Notes: generated by a model from the letters alone, not told the origin. Positions 39,701-52,520 are shown, counted from the first letter of the stretch. The stretch is 64,000 bases of DNA from an uncultured virus (IMG/VR IMGVR_UViG_2061766007_000970) (IMGVR_UViG_2061766007_000970), one strand, 5' to 3'. Made by a program: numbers and translations.

Positions 39701-40027
39701 CTATTCTACTCCTATTACGCGGGCGATGCGCCTCATTTTTTCGAGCGGATATCTGTAATAGTCCTTGGCTGTTCGTTTCACTTTAAATGCGCCCAGGTGA
39801 ATGAGCGTGAAATTCCATTGCATCAGTTTTGGAGATAGTTCTATAGCGTGTTCAATAAAAAGTTTGCTTAGGGGATGGTTTCTTCTGTGCCCATTTCGAG
39901 ACGACTTTTTGTGCTCTATGCGGACCTCGACTATATGTCTGAAAATGCCGTCATCTTCTCGGGGCGCGTCTACTTCTTTTCTTATGATGTTGTAGTGTTT
40001 TGAATTGTAGTCCTGGAGCAAGAACAT
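39701..40027 (-). CDS. Hypothetical protein between att and integrase (duplicate at 40071-40241)
   Basis: 108-aa ORF, two haplotypes. Confidence 0.5.
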   Translation of the reverse strand: MFLLQDYNSKHYNIIRKEVDAPREDDGIFRHIVEVRIEHKKSSRNGHRRNHPLSKLFIEHAIELSPKLMQWNFTLIHLGAFKVKRTAKDYYRYPLEKMRRIARVIGVE

Positions 40028-40435
40028 TCCCGCCTTCAGTAATTTTTCGATATCCTTTTCNNNNNNNNNNGAAAAGTTCGCTTAGAGGATGGTTTCTTCT
40101 GTGCCCATTTCGAGACGACTTTTTGTGCTCTATGCGGACCTCGATTATATGTCTGAAAATGCCGTCATATTCTCGGGGCGTATCTACTTCTTTTCTTATG
40201 ATGTTGTAGTGCTTGGCGTTGTAATCCTGGAGCAGGAACATTCCCGCCTTCAGTAATTTTNNNNNNNNNNAACATCGTTAAAAATCTTGCGACTTTCTTT
40301 CTCTATTTGTTTGAATACTGGCGGAACGTGATCTGTTTCGAATGGAATCGGCGCGTGGCCAAAGCGCAACAGATGGTTCTGCTCTGGAGTGATTTCGGAT
40401 TCTTTGATTATTGTATCCATTGTGTCCTCAATATA

Positions 40436-41443
40436 CTAAATCGCGTTGATTGCATTCTTAAGGTCGTCCTGCATCAGGTGTGAGTAAGTGTTCAGGGTGA
40501 TGTCGATGGATTCGTGGCGCATGAGCTGCTGGACCGCCTTGACGTTCACGCCCGAGCGGATAAGGTTGCTGGCGAAGCTGTGCCTGAATTTATGGTTGTT
40601 CGCTCCATCCGGATCCAGGCCCGCCTTGATGACGGCAGCGCGGAGCGTGCGGATGCTCGTTGTATTGTTGGCGAACGTGCCTGTGGCCACGATGGTTTCG
40701 TCCGGGTTCCCGGGCTCGCCAAGCTCGTTTTTGAGGCGTTCGGAGACCGGAACGGCGGCCAGCTTGTCGCCCTTGCCGACGAGCGTGATTTTGCCGTCAG
40801 CGACGTCTTTCCAGCGCAAATCGCGGGCCTCGAAATAGCGGGGCCCGGCGAAGGCCATGAGCGCCCAGAACTTGCGAAATGCCGTGCTCGGAGCTGCAGC
40901 CAGGATGGCGTTGATTTCCTCGGGCATCCAGAAGCCTTTTGCGGTGCGTTTGAGCTTCGGCCGGCGCACGTATTCGAACGGGTTCCCGATGGTCTTGTAG
41001 ATGCGTTGCGAGAAAGAGAACATGGCCTTGGTGAGCTTCAAAATCTCGCTGGCGGTCTTCGGCGCGTATTTGGTGGCGATGACGGTCGAAAAGTCGACGG
41101 CGTCCTTGTCGCTTACCTGGGAAACGAGCGTCTTGCCTCTCGATGCGGTCCAGTCGATAAAATATGAAAGTCGCAGCTGGTATGCGCGGACGGTCGCGTC
41201 GCTTGCGGAGTTTGCGACCTCGATGGAATCGACGAACTTGTTCTTGAGCTCGACCAGGTGCGCGTCGGGCTTGTCGCTCGCGAATCCTTCCGGAAGAAAC
41301 TTCTGCGCGTTCATCAGATCGAGCCAGGCGATGGCGTCGGCCTTTTTCTTGGTGCCGAGGGAAATGACGTGGAACAGGCCGTTTTCCGATATGCGGCCGT
41401 ACCAGGTCATGTTGCCCCTGCGCTTGTGCTTTTGGAAGATGCT
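40436..41443 (-). CDS. int: Tyrosine integrase (phage B), start in gap
   Basis: AG.R..EA, GKGDK, HKFRH, RHESI..T..Y. Confidence 0.95.
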   Translation of the reverse strand, partial: SIFQKHKRRGNMTWYGRISENGLFHVISLGTKKKADAIAWLDLMNAQKFLPEGFASDKPDAHLVELKNKFVDSIEVANSASDATVRAYQLRLSYFIDWTASRGKTLVSQVSDKDAVDFSTVIATKYAPKTASEILKLTKAMFSFSQRIYKTIGNPFEYVRRPKLKRTAKGFWMPEEINAILAAAPSTAFRKFWALMAFAGPRYFEARDLRWKDVADGKITLVGKGDKLAAVPVSERLKNELGEPGNPDETIVATGTFANNTTSIRTLRAAVIKAGLDPDGANNHKFRHSFASNLIRSGVNVKAVQQLMRHESIDITLNTYSHLMQDDLKNAINAI

Positions 41444-41524
41444 NNNNNNNNNNNNNNNNNNNNNNNNNNNNNNNNNNNNNNNNNNNNNNNNNNNNNNNNN
41501 NNNNNNNNNNNNNNNNNNNNNNNN

Positions 41525-41677
41525 CTTGTTGGTCACGAAATCATAGAATGGTAATGGAGGCGAGAGCTTGCCTTCCTTCGTCTTGGCAATGAGAGTGCTG
41601 ATGTAAGAGCGTGAAAAGCCGGAAAAATCGACGAGATCTTTCACGCTGAAGCATGATTTTCCTGCGATGTTTTTCAT
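41525..41677 (-). CDS. Excisionase-like protein, partial
   Basis: FSVKDLVDFSGFSRSYI HTH upstream of the integrase. Confidence 0.55.
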
Positions 41678-41689
41678 CTTCTTCCCCTT

Positions 41690-42124
41690 CTAGTTGTGTT
41701 CGACGAGCTGCTTGCTGACGTCGTCAAAGTCGAATTTTGTGTAGGCCCAGCTTTGCGGGGCGGTGTCGATGCCGAAATTCTGGAGCGTCTTCGGTGTGTC
41801 GAACTTTTTCGGGCGCTCGACGCCCCATGCGCAAAGATGCTTGCGCGGCTCCTGGTACGCATTCAGGTCCTCTGCAGCGATGCAACCTTCTTCGAGGATC
41901 TTGCGTTGACGCTCGTCGGCCTTCGTCCAGTCGACGTCCTGGAATCGCTTCGTTCCGGCCCAAAGAAAGTAACCGGTGACGCGGTGGACGGGAGCCGTCT
42001 CGTACAGGAAAATCTTCATGCGCGGGTAATAGATTTGCGGGAAAGATTTTCTGAATTCGATAGTCTTCTCTCCGGAGAAAATCTTCTCGGCCCACTTCGG
42101 ATGTATCGCGAGGATGATGTTCAT
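41690..42124 (-). CDS. ASCH-domain protein
   Basis: I.PKWAEKIFSGEKTIEFRK, YET.P, APQSW.Y. Confidence 0.85.
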   Translation of the reverse strand: MNIILAIHPKWAEKIFSGEKTIEFRKSFPQIYYPRMKIFLYETAPVHRVTGYFLWAGTKRFQDVDWTKADERQRKILEEGCIAAEDLNAYQEPRKHLCAWGVERPKKFDTPKTLQNFGIDTAPQSWAYTKFDFDDVSKQLVEHN

Positions 42125-43935
42125 TTTGGCTCCAGTTAAATTGCGTGGTCATTCCACCATTCTTTGTCAATTTTTCCTTTTTCTGGAATGCTTCTCAGCG
42201 GGACAACTTCTGCGTCAACTTCTGCGCAGATTCCGTCTCCTGGATAATAGTCGATGTGGACTTCTCCAAAAGAGATTCTTTTCTGCAGCTTGCGTTCTGC
42301 TTTTCCGCATGCACTATCAAATGTTATGCGGGCTTTCATTATTTGTTCGTCGTTCATTTCGTTGCCTCATTTCTTTTCTCGTAGATGGATTCATTGACTA
42401 GCGAACCTTCTGCGAGAAGTTTGCGTAAGTCGTGGCGACCGTATGTCATTATTAATTCGTCGATGTCGTGGTATTTCCCGGTTTTTACGTCGACATAAAA
42501 GATCTCGTTGTGGTGGATTTGTGGTAGGTCCCATCCGAGATAGTTTTCCTTGCTGTTTTCGGTTTACGTTCTGTCTTGAATTTTATTGCGGATAAAGTCG
42601 ATAATTTTGGGAACGAGAAAAACTCCGACCAAATACCCGAATAATAATCCTAGAAAGAAAAATATTTTCAAATCCATTTTAATCCTCCGAATGTCTCTTG
42701 ATGTTTATTTCTTTGCTGATTTGAAAAGCGGGTCCTTGCCTCATCCAATGGCGTTCATTTTTGCTTCTTGAAAGTTGCCGCAAACGTTTATTTGTGAGTG
42801 CGTTGTGCGTGTGGCCGCCTTTCCGTTTTGGCTTGTAAAATGGATAGTCGTTGAATTTGAGGGTGTTTCCTGGAAAAACGACTGTTGCGCTACATTTATA
42901 CCATCCGCCATCATCCTTTTCTTTGGATGTGTGCCATGAGTATCTGTTCATTTTTATTTCTCCTTTAATTTTTCGTGCATTCCTTTTCGGCATGTTTCGC
43001 ATAGCCTGATTTTCATCAGCGACCGCTTTAGCGTCGCGCTTGTCGTCGGCTTGATCTGTTGGCACCACCAGCACTTCATTGACGCCTCAGTTGTAAGAAA
43101 AGTGAACCAGCGTCACTGCGTATGCGATGGCGTAGATGACAAGTGTCACGACGACGGCTTGAATCTTTTGCTTCGTATTCATTCAAGCCTCGTTTTCTTT
43201 TTTCGTGATTGTGCAGATTCCTTGGCATTCTGGGCAACGCGCTGAAGCGTGGTCAAATTCCGTCGAGCCTTTTTTAATTGCAACAGTGCATTCGGTCGTG
43301 CCAAATTCGCATTCGCAATTAAAGCACTTGAACCGACGGAAACGGTTTCCGTGTTTGAAGATTTCTTGCATTTTACGCATCCTTGTGAATTAGTTGCAGA
43401 AAATAGTCCCACATGGGATTCTCTGCGAGTGCGGTCCAAATTTTGATCCATTTTGAGAAACTGAAACTGCTCGAATGGCATCTCATATCCAAGGGTCGGC
43501 CGAGTTCGCAACCCCATTCTGAATTCAAATAATCAACCATCGTCTTGCAGCGCTTTTGTGCGTGGCGGCGGATGGTAGAACTGAATGTGTATTTGTCGTT
43601 AATTCTTTCAAGTTTTTGACTTTTAAGTTCGTTTCGCAGGCTTTCGTTGTTACGTAGAAGATTCGCTTTGTCTTTTCTTAGTTGAGCATTGTTAGAGCGG
43701 GTGCGCTCTACTTCGTTCCAATGCTTGAACATGACGTTCGCTATTTGGCCTATTGTGGATTGAAGGTCAAGCCCTCTGCAATATTGGGGGTCGCGAATCA
43801 TTGAAATCACTTTGTCTTTCAGGTTGTCGATGTGATTGTCAACATCTATTCTCAGATAGACTTGCGCCAGCTCGTGCTTGCCCGTGTTGTAGTATTCAAC
43901 GTAAACGTCGTCGACGCCTCTTGCTTTCAGTTCGC

Positions 43936-44937
43936 TCATTTCCCAGTCTCCTCAAAAAGATCTTGTTGACCGTTGTTTACCTGGACTTTTCGCAGCATGT
44001 CGAGAAGTCCGAATTTTATCATGATGGTTTCATACATTTTCGGATGGTGTTTTCTGGCGTATTCCAAGTTTCGACAATCACCGTGCGCAATAGGTACCGG
44101 GCAAAACATGCAGCCAGTCCTTGAGCATCCGGTGAGCATGTATTTTCCGTCAACTTTCACTACGTCGCCATACATTGGCGACAATTCGATTCGGTGATCT
44201 ACGATGTATCTTAAAACATATTGCTCGGTCCATAGCGCGAGCGGAGTGCTTTTGTGGCGTGTGCCGTTGAAAGAATTGCATCCGCTTTTCATCCAGCCGA
44301 TTGAACGCCTGAAAGATTCTTCGGCTCTTGTTCCAATGATTGGACTCTTTTCCTGCTCTAGTTCATAATCGCGCATTGGCTTCTCTTTCATGAGCTTGCA
44401 ACAGTCTGGTGAAATTTTTACACCGCAGTCCATGAGGTATGCCCACTTTTTGAATCTGCTTTTGTATCTGTTTGGATTGCCGTCTTTGTCTTTTCCGGAA
44501 AGTCCATTTATCGCGTATTTGCTTCCCTTTTTGGCGTCCTGGATAAACATGGAAACTTCTTTACTTGGGTAAACTATTCCGTCTTCTTTCAGGATCTTCG
44601 GGAAATGCTTGACTGGGTGTACTTCGATGACATTAGGAAACGTGCGAACGAATTTAACCTGTTCAGGAAATTCAATTCCAGTGTTTGCAAAAACGGCAAG
44701 CACGTCGGGATAGATGGAGCGCACAAGATGGAGTAATGCAAGCGAATCCTTTCCGCCGGAAAAAGAAACGTAGACGCCATTCTCGCCTTCATGTTGTACG
44801 AATTCGCGAATCACGTCGAGAGCGTGTTTGACTTTCCACTCATAAGGTTTTCGCTGGAGTCGCCTTAGCTCTTCGGCCGGTTCGCGCTTTAGTGATGCGA
44901 TTATTTTTTCGTCGCTATCATTTTCAGGTGTGCACAT
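43936..44937 (-). CDS. PAPS reductase-family protein
   Basis: SFSGGKDS PP-loop, CC..MK, G.RAEES..R, RTGC.FC. Confidence 0.9.
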   Translation of the reverse strand: MCTPENDSDEKIIASLKREPAEELRRLQRKPYEWKVKHALDVIREFVQHEGENGVYVSFSGGKDSLALLHLVRSIYPDVLAVFANTGIEFPEQVKFVRTFPNVIEVHPVKHFPKILKEDGIVYPSKEVSMFIQDAKKGSKYAINGLSGKDKDGNPNRYKSRFKKWAYLMDCGVKISPDCCKLMKEKPMRDYELEQEKSPIIGTRAEESFRRSIGWMKSGCNSFNGTRHKSTPLALWTEQYVLRYIVDHRIELSPMYGDVVKVDGKYMLTGCSRTGCMFCPVPIAHGDCRNLEYARKHHPKMYETIMIKFGLLDMLRKVQVNNGQQDLFEETGK

Positions 44938-46358
44938 AATCGCTCCTTCAAAGCTTCAGCCAATCATCGTCTTGACGCGGCTCGTCCCTTTCAAAGATCA
45001 AGTCGATAATCAGCAGCCNNNNNNNNNNGATATAATTTCCACTGCTAAACCATTCGATAAATCCCATCGAGCATCGTTCACAAAGTCTTGCGGTTTTCGT
45101 GCCCGCTCGAATTAGGTTGGTGAACGATATAAGCGAATCACTTTCGTTGTCCTTTATTTCTCTCTGGCATCTTCCGCACTTCATGGTAATTCTCACTTTC
45201 TCAAAGCTTCAGCCAATCATCGTCTCGACGAGGCTCGTCCATTTCAAAGATCAAATCGATAATCAGCAGCCAGATTGCGCGGACGAGCAGGCCGATGCCG
45301 CCAATGAATACGATGCCGATTCCTAGCAGCTCGATGCACTGCATCATCCCGGAATCACGGCCGGCATCGAACAGGCCGACGTGGCTTCCGAGGATTACGG
45401 CTCCGAGCACAAAGAGTGCGCAACTGATGACGACTATATATTCTTTCATCGATGAACTCCGATTACTTTTGGATGGGCGAAAAAGATTGACTTGTTGCGG
45501 CGACAAAATAGTCAGCTCCGCATTTCTTGCACTTGTAACGAGTGCAAATCGTTCCGCGAAGCTTGACAAACGAATCGACTTTCAAAAATTTCCTGGAATG
45601 GCATGTCGATGCGCCGATTGCGAAGCGGCATTTTTCGGGCAATTTCGAATAGACTTTGTGCCCTCTGTAATCTAGTTTCGTATCTTGACTCATTCTCCAT
45701 CCTCCGGGGGTTGGGGCATGTACGTCCAGTGCGTGATTTCGTCAATACAAATAGGGACTCCGCTGCCGTCTGTCCATATTGGGTTACCGAACTGGTCTTT
45801 CTTGTCTTGGAGCTTCAACATCGAATATCCTTTGCCGTTCCAGTCGTCACCACCGTAACAGATGACGTACTCGTCAACGGGAGCCGGATCTTTATCCATG
45901 CGGTGCCATTGCTGGTGTTTTTTCAGGTTTTCGTTCTCTTGCTTTAAAGCTTTATTTTCCTTCAGCAGTCGCTGGTGCTCGTCGCGCTTGATTTCGACCA
46001 TGTCATGGCCGTCATGCGTTGGGTACGTCCGTTTGTGGTTCGCTATGGTCATGGTCTAAATCCTTGTTTAATGAATCGTTCGTTCGGTCCGTCGATGGTG
46101 CATGCGGTGCAGACGTACTTGCCTTCGATCTCGGCGCACCACTTGCGGTATCCGCATTCGCCGCATTCCTCGTAATGCTCGAAAGCTTTCCGGTCAAGCC
46201 GTTCCAGCCGTCGCCTGGCTTCGGTTCTCGTCAGGCTCTTGCCTGGCTTTGTACGTCCGGCTTTCACACGCCTCCGGCTGCGAAGCAAAGCACACCCACG
46301 ACGACGGCGATGACTGCCGCCGTCATGATGGCGTCCTTGATGATGGATGCCTTTTCAA

Positions 46359-47069
46359 TCATTCGGACTCCGTCTCGGTTTCGTCTTCTTTCTGGTCGCG
46401 CCAGTTCTTGTAATTGTTGTCGCAAGGGTCCTTGTCCGGTGCCGTGCGAATAGCATCGAAGTAATGGCCTCGCGCGGGCATCTCTTCGAGAAATTCGTGC
46501 GGCGTTCGGTACGGCATGACGCCGACAAGCAATCCGTTGTAAAATGCGACGTGAATGGAACAGTCGCTCTTGCCGTACAGCCTTTCCGTGACGGAGTTGG
46601 TCGTGTTTTTCTCCGCTGCGGTCACGACCTTGTCGATTGCCAAGAGATTGCTGGGCAAGAAACTTGCGTGCGTGTCGGTAACGTGTTTTAGTCCTTCTGT
46701 CGTTGGCAAGACGTTCAGGATGTTCGGGTAGTCAAATTCCTTGACGTCGGTGTCTGCGAGTCCGTTGCCGAAATTCTTGACGAAAGTTTCCTTCTTCTTT
46801 GCGCTGATCAGGGCGAATCCGTTGGAAAATTCAATCGCCTGCATGTCGGCGTAAAAAGCCAGTTCGTTGATTTCGGCGGGGTCCATGTGACCGTACATGT
46901 CGAGGATGGCAACCTTGTGGCCATCTGAAGCGTATGCGTTTTCGTCAGTCCTGCTGATGAATACGGCCATGAGGGCGGCTCTGTTGTTCTTGACTTTCGC
47001 CGTACATTGCTTGGCCATTGCCTTCAATGTGTTGGCGAGGATTTCGAATGCAGTCTTTTCCTTAGACAT
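46359..47069 (-). CDS. Beta-clamp (DnaN)-like phage protein
   Basis: ASDGHK, YPN...VLP, GVMPYR. Confidence 0.5.
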   Translation of the reverse strand: MSKEKTAFEILANTLKAMAKQCTAKVKNNRAALMAVFISRTDENAYASDGHKVAILDMYGHMDPAEINELAFYADMQAIEFSNGFALISAKKKETFVKNFGNGLADTDVKEFDYPNILNVLPTTEGLKHVTDTHASFLPSNLLAIDKVVTAAEKNTTNSVTERLYGKSDCSIHVAFYNGLLVGVMPYRTPHEFLEEMPARGHYFDAIRTAPDKDPCDNNYKNWRDQKEDETETESE

Positions 47070-47745
47070 TTCTGTTTCTCCTGGTTGTCCATGTTTTTTC
47101 GATTCTTTTTCTTTTCCGTTCCGGGTCTATCGCCTCGTTGATTTGGGTGTTCAACCGTCCCAGAGTGAGGGCCGCAAGGCATTGCGCACGGTATAGCGGG
47201 TCGTTTGCGTAGTGCTGGCGTCCCTGCTCTTGCGGCGTGACGCATGCAATGTTCTCGATGTCGAGATTGTACTTGTTGCCGTCCTTGAATATGACGACCA
47301 TCCGGCCGTCGATAGGACCGTGGGCGCGTTCGTAGATCAGGCGTGCGAGGCTTTCACGCTTGCCCGAAGTGCAACGCCAGTAGAAACCGGATTTACTCCA
47401 GGCGTAGTTTTTGCCTTCGAACACGATTGTCTCGTTGCGCTTCTTTTTGGAATCCGGATTGACCTGGATTCCGTGTTTCCTTGCGATTTTCATTACCGTG
47501 GTGTAGGAAATCCCGTACTTCCTGGCAGTGGCACGCACCTTTCCGGTCTTCTGCAGTTCCTTGATTACAGAGCCGGTGACAAACTTGGTGCAGTTGCGCT
47601 GGACCTTGAACGATTTCTTGAGTACCGGGTAGAAGCTGAAGTCCAGGCGGAATGCCTTGGTGTACGCGCTGTGGAGCGTCCTTCCCGGAGGAAGGATGTT
47701 GTTGCGCAGCATGGCGATTTCGTCTTCTGTCCACTTGTTTTTCAT
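47062..47745 (-). CDS. HNH-like endonuclease with N-terminal Myb-like and HTH segments
   Basis: RLIYE..HGPI...FKDGNK.N....NI. Confidence 0.65.
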   Translation of the reverse strand: MKNKWTEDEIAMLRNNILPPGRTLHSAYTKAFRLDFSFYPVLKKSFKVQRNCTKFVTGSVIKELQKTGKVRATARKYGISYTTVMKIARKHGIQVNPDSKKKRNETIVFEGKNYAWSKSGFYWRCTSGKRESLARLIYERAHGPIDGRMVVIFKDGNKYNLDIENIACVTPQEQGRQHYANDPLYRAQCLAALTLGRLNTQINEAIDPERKRKRIEKTWTTRRNRNV

Positions 47746-48255
47746 CAGGCGTCCCCGTTCGCACGTTTTGCGGGCAGCAAAGTACATCCGCGCGCTTCCA
47801 GTCGAGCCTTCTGTTCGGCAAGAGCTTCGCGGCTCGCGTGCGGCTCGATGTCGCGGAATGTGGAACCGAAAGCGCTGTCGACCGGGATCATCCCGGTTGC
47901 ACGGACGAAGTTGGTCGCTTCGCGGGCCATGTCGGTGATACCCTTGCCGAGCAAGGCAATGGAATTCGCCTCCTGCGGGGTAATCTTCTTTTCCTTGAGG
48001 TCGCGCATGGCGTCGAGCATCATCGAGGTTGCCTGGAACATGGGGGAGCTGGATTTCTCGTTACTCATCATCGTCCTCCTTGTTTTCGTGGTTGCCATCC
48101 TTGTTGAAGCAGAAGGCTCCGAGGCTCAAGACCTTGCACCCGACCCGCTGTCCGGTGGTTTTGATGTCAATCATCAGTTCGTTACGCATTGAGTAGTCTC
48201 CTGTTTTGGTTTGCTGATAAACATCCTTGCGTACGTTGCTCTTTCACGCATTTTT

Positions 48256-48744
48256 TTAAGCTGTTCTTCCGTATAAACTCGCTTTTTCAGTTTTTTCTTC
48301 TGAATGGGGGGGGGGTAGAGTCGCTTTGTCGGTTTTATAAACCTTGTGATTTCTATGGTTGTTAAGCCATTTCTTAACGTCTTGTGGGTTGAAGTAATGC
48401 CTTTTGCCGATGTAGAAGAATTTTATTTCGTTATATTTGACGGCATTGTAAATTATGCTGCTGCTGTTTTTACGTTTCGTCTGCTCGTCGATAAAGGACA
48501 TGGCGTCTTTCACAGTCCAGCATTCGCTATTGTTTATGGTGTTTTCGCAACGTTCGTCATCCGCATCGTTTTCTTCGATAAGGGGTGCGTTTTGGGCTCC
48601 GTGTTTAAGAATGAATTTTTCATGGATGAGACTCTTGACGATTTGTTGTGCAGTCATTTCGTTGCCTTCGCGAATGCTGTCGATGCGAAGTTCTTTGAGT
48701 TCATCCATTTCTTCTTGATTGAAGTAAAATTCGAGGTTGGGCAT
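48256..48744 (-). CDS. DNA-binding protein with excisionase-type HTH
   Basis: WTVKDA...IGKRHYF....V.KWL. Confidence 0.6.
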   Translation of the reverse strand: MPNLEFYFNQEEMDELKELRIDSIREGNEMTAQQIVKSLIHEKFILKHGAQNAPLIEENDADDERCENTINNSECWTVKDAMSFIDEQTKRKNSSSIIYNAVKYNEIKFFYIGKRHYFNPQDVKKWLNNHRNHKVYKTDKATLPPPHSEEKTEKASLYGRTA

Positions 48745-48746
48745 AA

Positions 48747-51700
48747 TTAGTCATCCTCCTTGTTTTCGGAATCTTCGTTGCTGTCTTCGTTGCTGCTTTG
48801 GTTGTTTTCTTCGTTTTTCTTTTCGTGAATGCGCTTGATTTCGTCTTCGACCTCATCGTCTACGGGTTCCGCGTCTTTCGGATTTCCGTACGTGATGATG
48901 GAGTACATTTTCCGGAGGGTGTCTATGTCGTACATTCTTCCGAGAATGTGCTCGACACTTCCGAGAATGGCGTCGTGGATATCGCAAGGCCTTACTTGGT
49001 CGTCAATGTCGGAAAAGCCTATGCGTTCATCTATGTTTTTCTTGATTCCCAAAACATCGAATTGCGATTCGTGAATGGTGTCGTCGAGGTCGTAAACGCA
49101 GAATAAAAGCAGTGCAATGATGTCGTCCTTATCTCCGTCTTTTTCAATCTTTGCCTTGATTGCTTTGCGGATGCGTGACTTGGTCATGTCTTCCTTGGTG
49201 CTTCGGAATTGATAATCCTTTCTTTCTTTTTCTTCTTCGGCCTCCCGTTCCTCTTCGGTTTCTTCGTGGTAGTCGGGCAGGTCGCGCTTGTCGTAGTATT
49301 CTAGCGTCTTGCCGGTGGCCGCATCGACAAGGATTCGCTTCTGGATGCCNNNNNNNNNNGGTGCGGTAGCAACCTTCAAGCTCGCGCTTGAATACGTTGT
49401 CCGGGAGGTCGGCAATCTTTGCGGCCGCGTCAAGGCCGATTACGCCTTCCTTGACCTTCTTCAGCACCTTGTCGCCAGCGTCGGCGAGTTTCTTGCGCAC
49501 AAGCACCCAACGGAGTGTGCGGCCGAAATGCTTCGCGATTGCGGAGGGCGTCTTCTTCTTTCCGGANNNNNNNNNNGTCGGGCAGATCTCGCTTGTCGTA
49601 GTATTCGAGCATCTTGCCGGTAGCCGCGTCGACCAGGATGCGCTTCTGGACTCTAGCCTCTTCTGCCTTTTTGATGTTCTTGTCGTCCCAGTGTCTGATT
49701 TCGAAATTATACGCCTCGTCTTCGTAATCGGTATTCTTGCCGGTGAACTTACCGAGGCGTGCATTCCTGCCTTCTTCCTGGAGCTTCTTCACCTTGGCTT
49801 CTGCGGCCTTCTTGGCCTTGCGTGCCCAGCAATTCGGATCGAGGCAGTAGGCTTTCGGTTCGTTCTCGAACAGGTCTGCCTGGCATGCGCTGCACTTGTC
49901 GCACTTCAGGCAGGCTTCGTGCTCGAACGGTGCGCGGCTCAGGTCCTTGTGGTAACGGTCCAGAACTCCGTCGATGAAATACTTGTCNNNNNNNNNNATC
50001 GGGCAGGTCGCGCTTATCGAAGTATTCAAACGTCTTGATAGTAGCAGCGTCGACAAGGATTCTCTTCTGGATGCCGGCTTCGTTGGCTTGCTTCTGTCCG
50101 CTGCTGTCATACTTGTCGATTTCAAACTTGTCGGCTTCGTCCATGCAGTCTACACCGTAACTGGAGAACTTACCGATACGAGCATTCCTGCCTTCTTCCT
50201 GGAGTTTCTTCATCTTGGCCTCTGCGGCCTTCTTGGCCTTGCGAGCCCAGCAATTTGGATCGAGGCAGTAGGCCTTCGGCTCGTTCTCGAACAGGTCAGC
50301 CTGACAAGCGCTGCACTTGTCGCACTTGAGGCAAGCTTCGTGTTCGAACGGTGCGCGGCTCAGGTCCTTGTGGTAACGGTCCAAGACTCCGTCAATGAAA
50401 TACTTGTCGGTGCGATAGCAGCCTTCGAGTTCGCGCTTGAAGACGTTGTCCGGGAGGTCGGCAATCTTTGCGGCCTGGGCAAGTTCGATGGTGCCTTCCT
50501 TGACCTTCTTCAGAACCTTGTCGCCTGCGTCGGCGAGTTTCTTGCGGACCAGCACCCAGCGGAGCGTGCGTCCGAAATGCTTGGCGATGGCGGAGGGCGT
50601 CTTCTTCTTTCCGGAAAGAGCCTTCACGGCCATGCACTCNNNNNNNNNNNNNNNNNNNNNNNNNNNNNNNNNNNNNNNNNNNNNNNNNNNNNNNNNNNNN
50701 NNNNNNNNNNNNNNNNNNNNNNNNNNNNNNNNNNNNNNNNNNNNNNNTGGTTACCTTCGTCCAGGACGGTAATCGGGTTCACGATACCGTGTGCGTGGAT
50801 GGAGTTCAGCAAGTCCTCGATGTCCTTGACCTCGCGGATGTTGTCGCTTGCCTTGACGTTCTTCACGTCGAGCACGCGGAAGTTGTAGGCCCGTTCTTCT
50901 GCCTTTTCGTGTTCCGGTGCGGGCTTTGCCGCCTTGACCGCTGCGGGCTTCTTTACGGCCTTCGCGTCCTTGATCTGCAAGTTTGCGTTTTTGTTTTTGT
51001 TTGTCTTTACCATATCATGCCTTTCTGGTTGGTTGAATTTTTCTTCTATTCTCTTGACTAGCCTTTCGTTTTCGTCGAATTCGCGCTTGCCTGCGAAGGG
51101 GATGCCGTTGNNNNNNNNNNGTTCGAGTTTCCTTCGTCGAGCACGGTAATCGGGTTCACGATACCGTGTTCTTGGATGGATGCGAGCAGGTCGTCGATGA
51201 CCTTGACCTCGCGGATGTTGTCGCTTGCCTTGACGTTCTTCACGTCGAGCNNNNNNNNNNCGCGCATCTGCGCCTTTGCATCTTCCAGGGCGTTGTGTGC
51301 CGCCACGTTGCCTTCGGCTTCCTTTACGCCGTTGAAGCAGTTCTTGATGGTGCGGTAGTCGTATTGCGTCCAGAACATCCACGGGAACCCGAAGCCGAAG
51401 CGCTTGAAAAATTCCTTCAGGATGGGAAAATCGAAATCGAGACCGTTGCACCAGACGCGGAAACCGTCATACTTGCCGGTGCTGAAATTCTTGTAGAAGA
51501 ACTTCTTGAAATCGCTGATGCCGTCTGCGGGCCCGGTCGTGCCTCCAAACGCTTCCTTGCGGGCTTCCTCGCTCTGGCGTGCCCACCAGTCGAGCGTTGC
51601 CTGGTCGTCGATGAGTCCTTCTGCTGCCTGCTCTTCCGTGCTGAAGCGGCGGNNNNNNNNNNCGTGCGGTAGCAACCTTCGAGCTCGCGCTTGAATACGT

Positions 51701-52520
51701 TATCCGGGAGGTCGGCAATCTTTGCGGCCGCGTCAAGGCCGATTACGCCTTCCTTGACCTTCTTCAGCACCTTGTCGCCAGCGTCGGCGAGCTTCTTGCG
51801 AACCAGCACCCAGCGGAGCGTACGGCCGAAATGCTTCGCGATTGCGGAGGGCGTCTTCTTCTTTCCGGAAAGTGCCTTCACGGCCATGCACTCTTCGTAT
51901 GGCGTCATGTCCATGCGGGTAATATTTTCGGTGAGCGAGATTTCCTCGACGCCTTCGCGGTCCTTGAGCATTACGTGGCAGGGAATCTTCTTGAGCCCGA
52001 GCTGGACTGCGGCCGCAAACCTGCGGAACCCTGCGATGACCTTGAAACTCTGGTTGCCATCGTCGAGCACGGTAATCGGGTTCACGATACCGTGTTCCTG
52101 GATGGATGCGAGCAGGTCGTCGATTTCCTTGACCTCGCGGATGTTGTCGCTTGCCTTGACGTTCTTTACGTCGAGCACGCGGAAGTTGTATGCGCGTTCG
52201 TCGGGATTCGCTGCAGCCTTGCCTGCGGGGACATTGGTCGCTGCCTTCGTGGCGGCCTTGGCCTTTGCCACGGTTTTCGCACCGTTGGCGCTGGCCGGGG
52301 TGGTTTTCTTGGGTTGTGGTTTTGTCATGATGATGCCTTGTGGTTGTGTGAATTTTTTTTCGAGTTCCTTGTTTTCTTCGAAGGATTTTTTTCCTGGAAA
52401 CGGGATGCAGTGCCGGCGGCAGAACATCAGGCAAGCGCGGTACGTGCGTCCGGTGGGCTGTCGTCCTGCGCGGAGCACTGCGAGGTCGCTGTTCATCCAC
52501 GGTCTGGAATTCTTCGACAC
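48747..52520 (-). CDS. ParB-family protein tiled as fragments of several haplotypes (region also holds an exonuclease fragment 51261-51652)
   Basis: NIRE, GIVNPITV, IAGFRR, ENITR, C.KC.KC...C.D..C on overlapping contigs. Confidence 0.85.

Noticed and set aside
40436..41677. Excisionase-integrase fusion (413 aa)
   Set aside because: The ORF spans a long N gap; the phage A counterparts are separate genes
48747..52520. ParB gene amplification
   Set aside because: Redundant gap-bounded haplotype fragments
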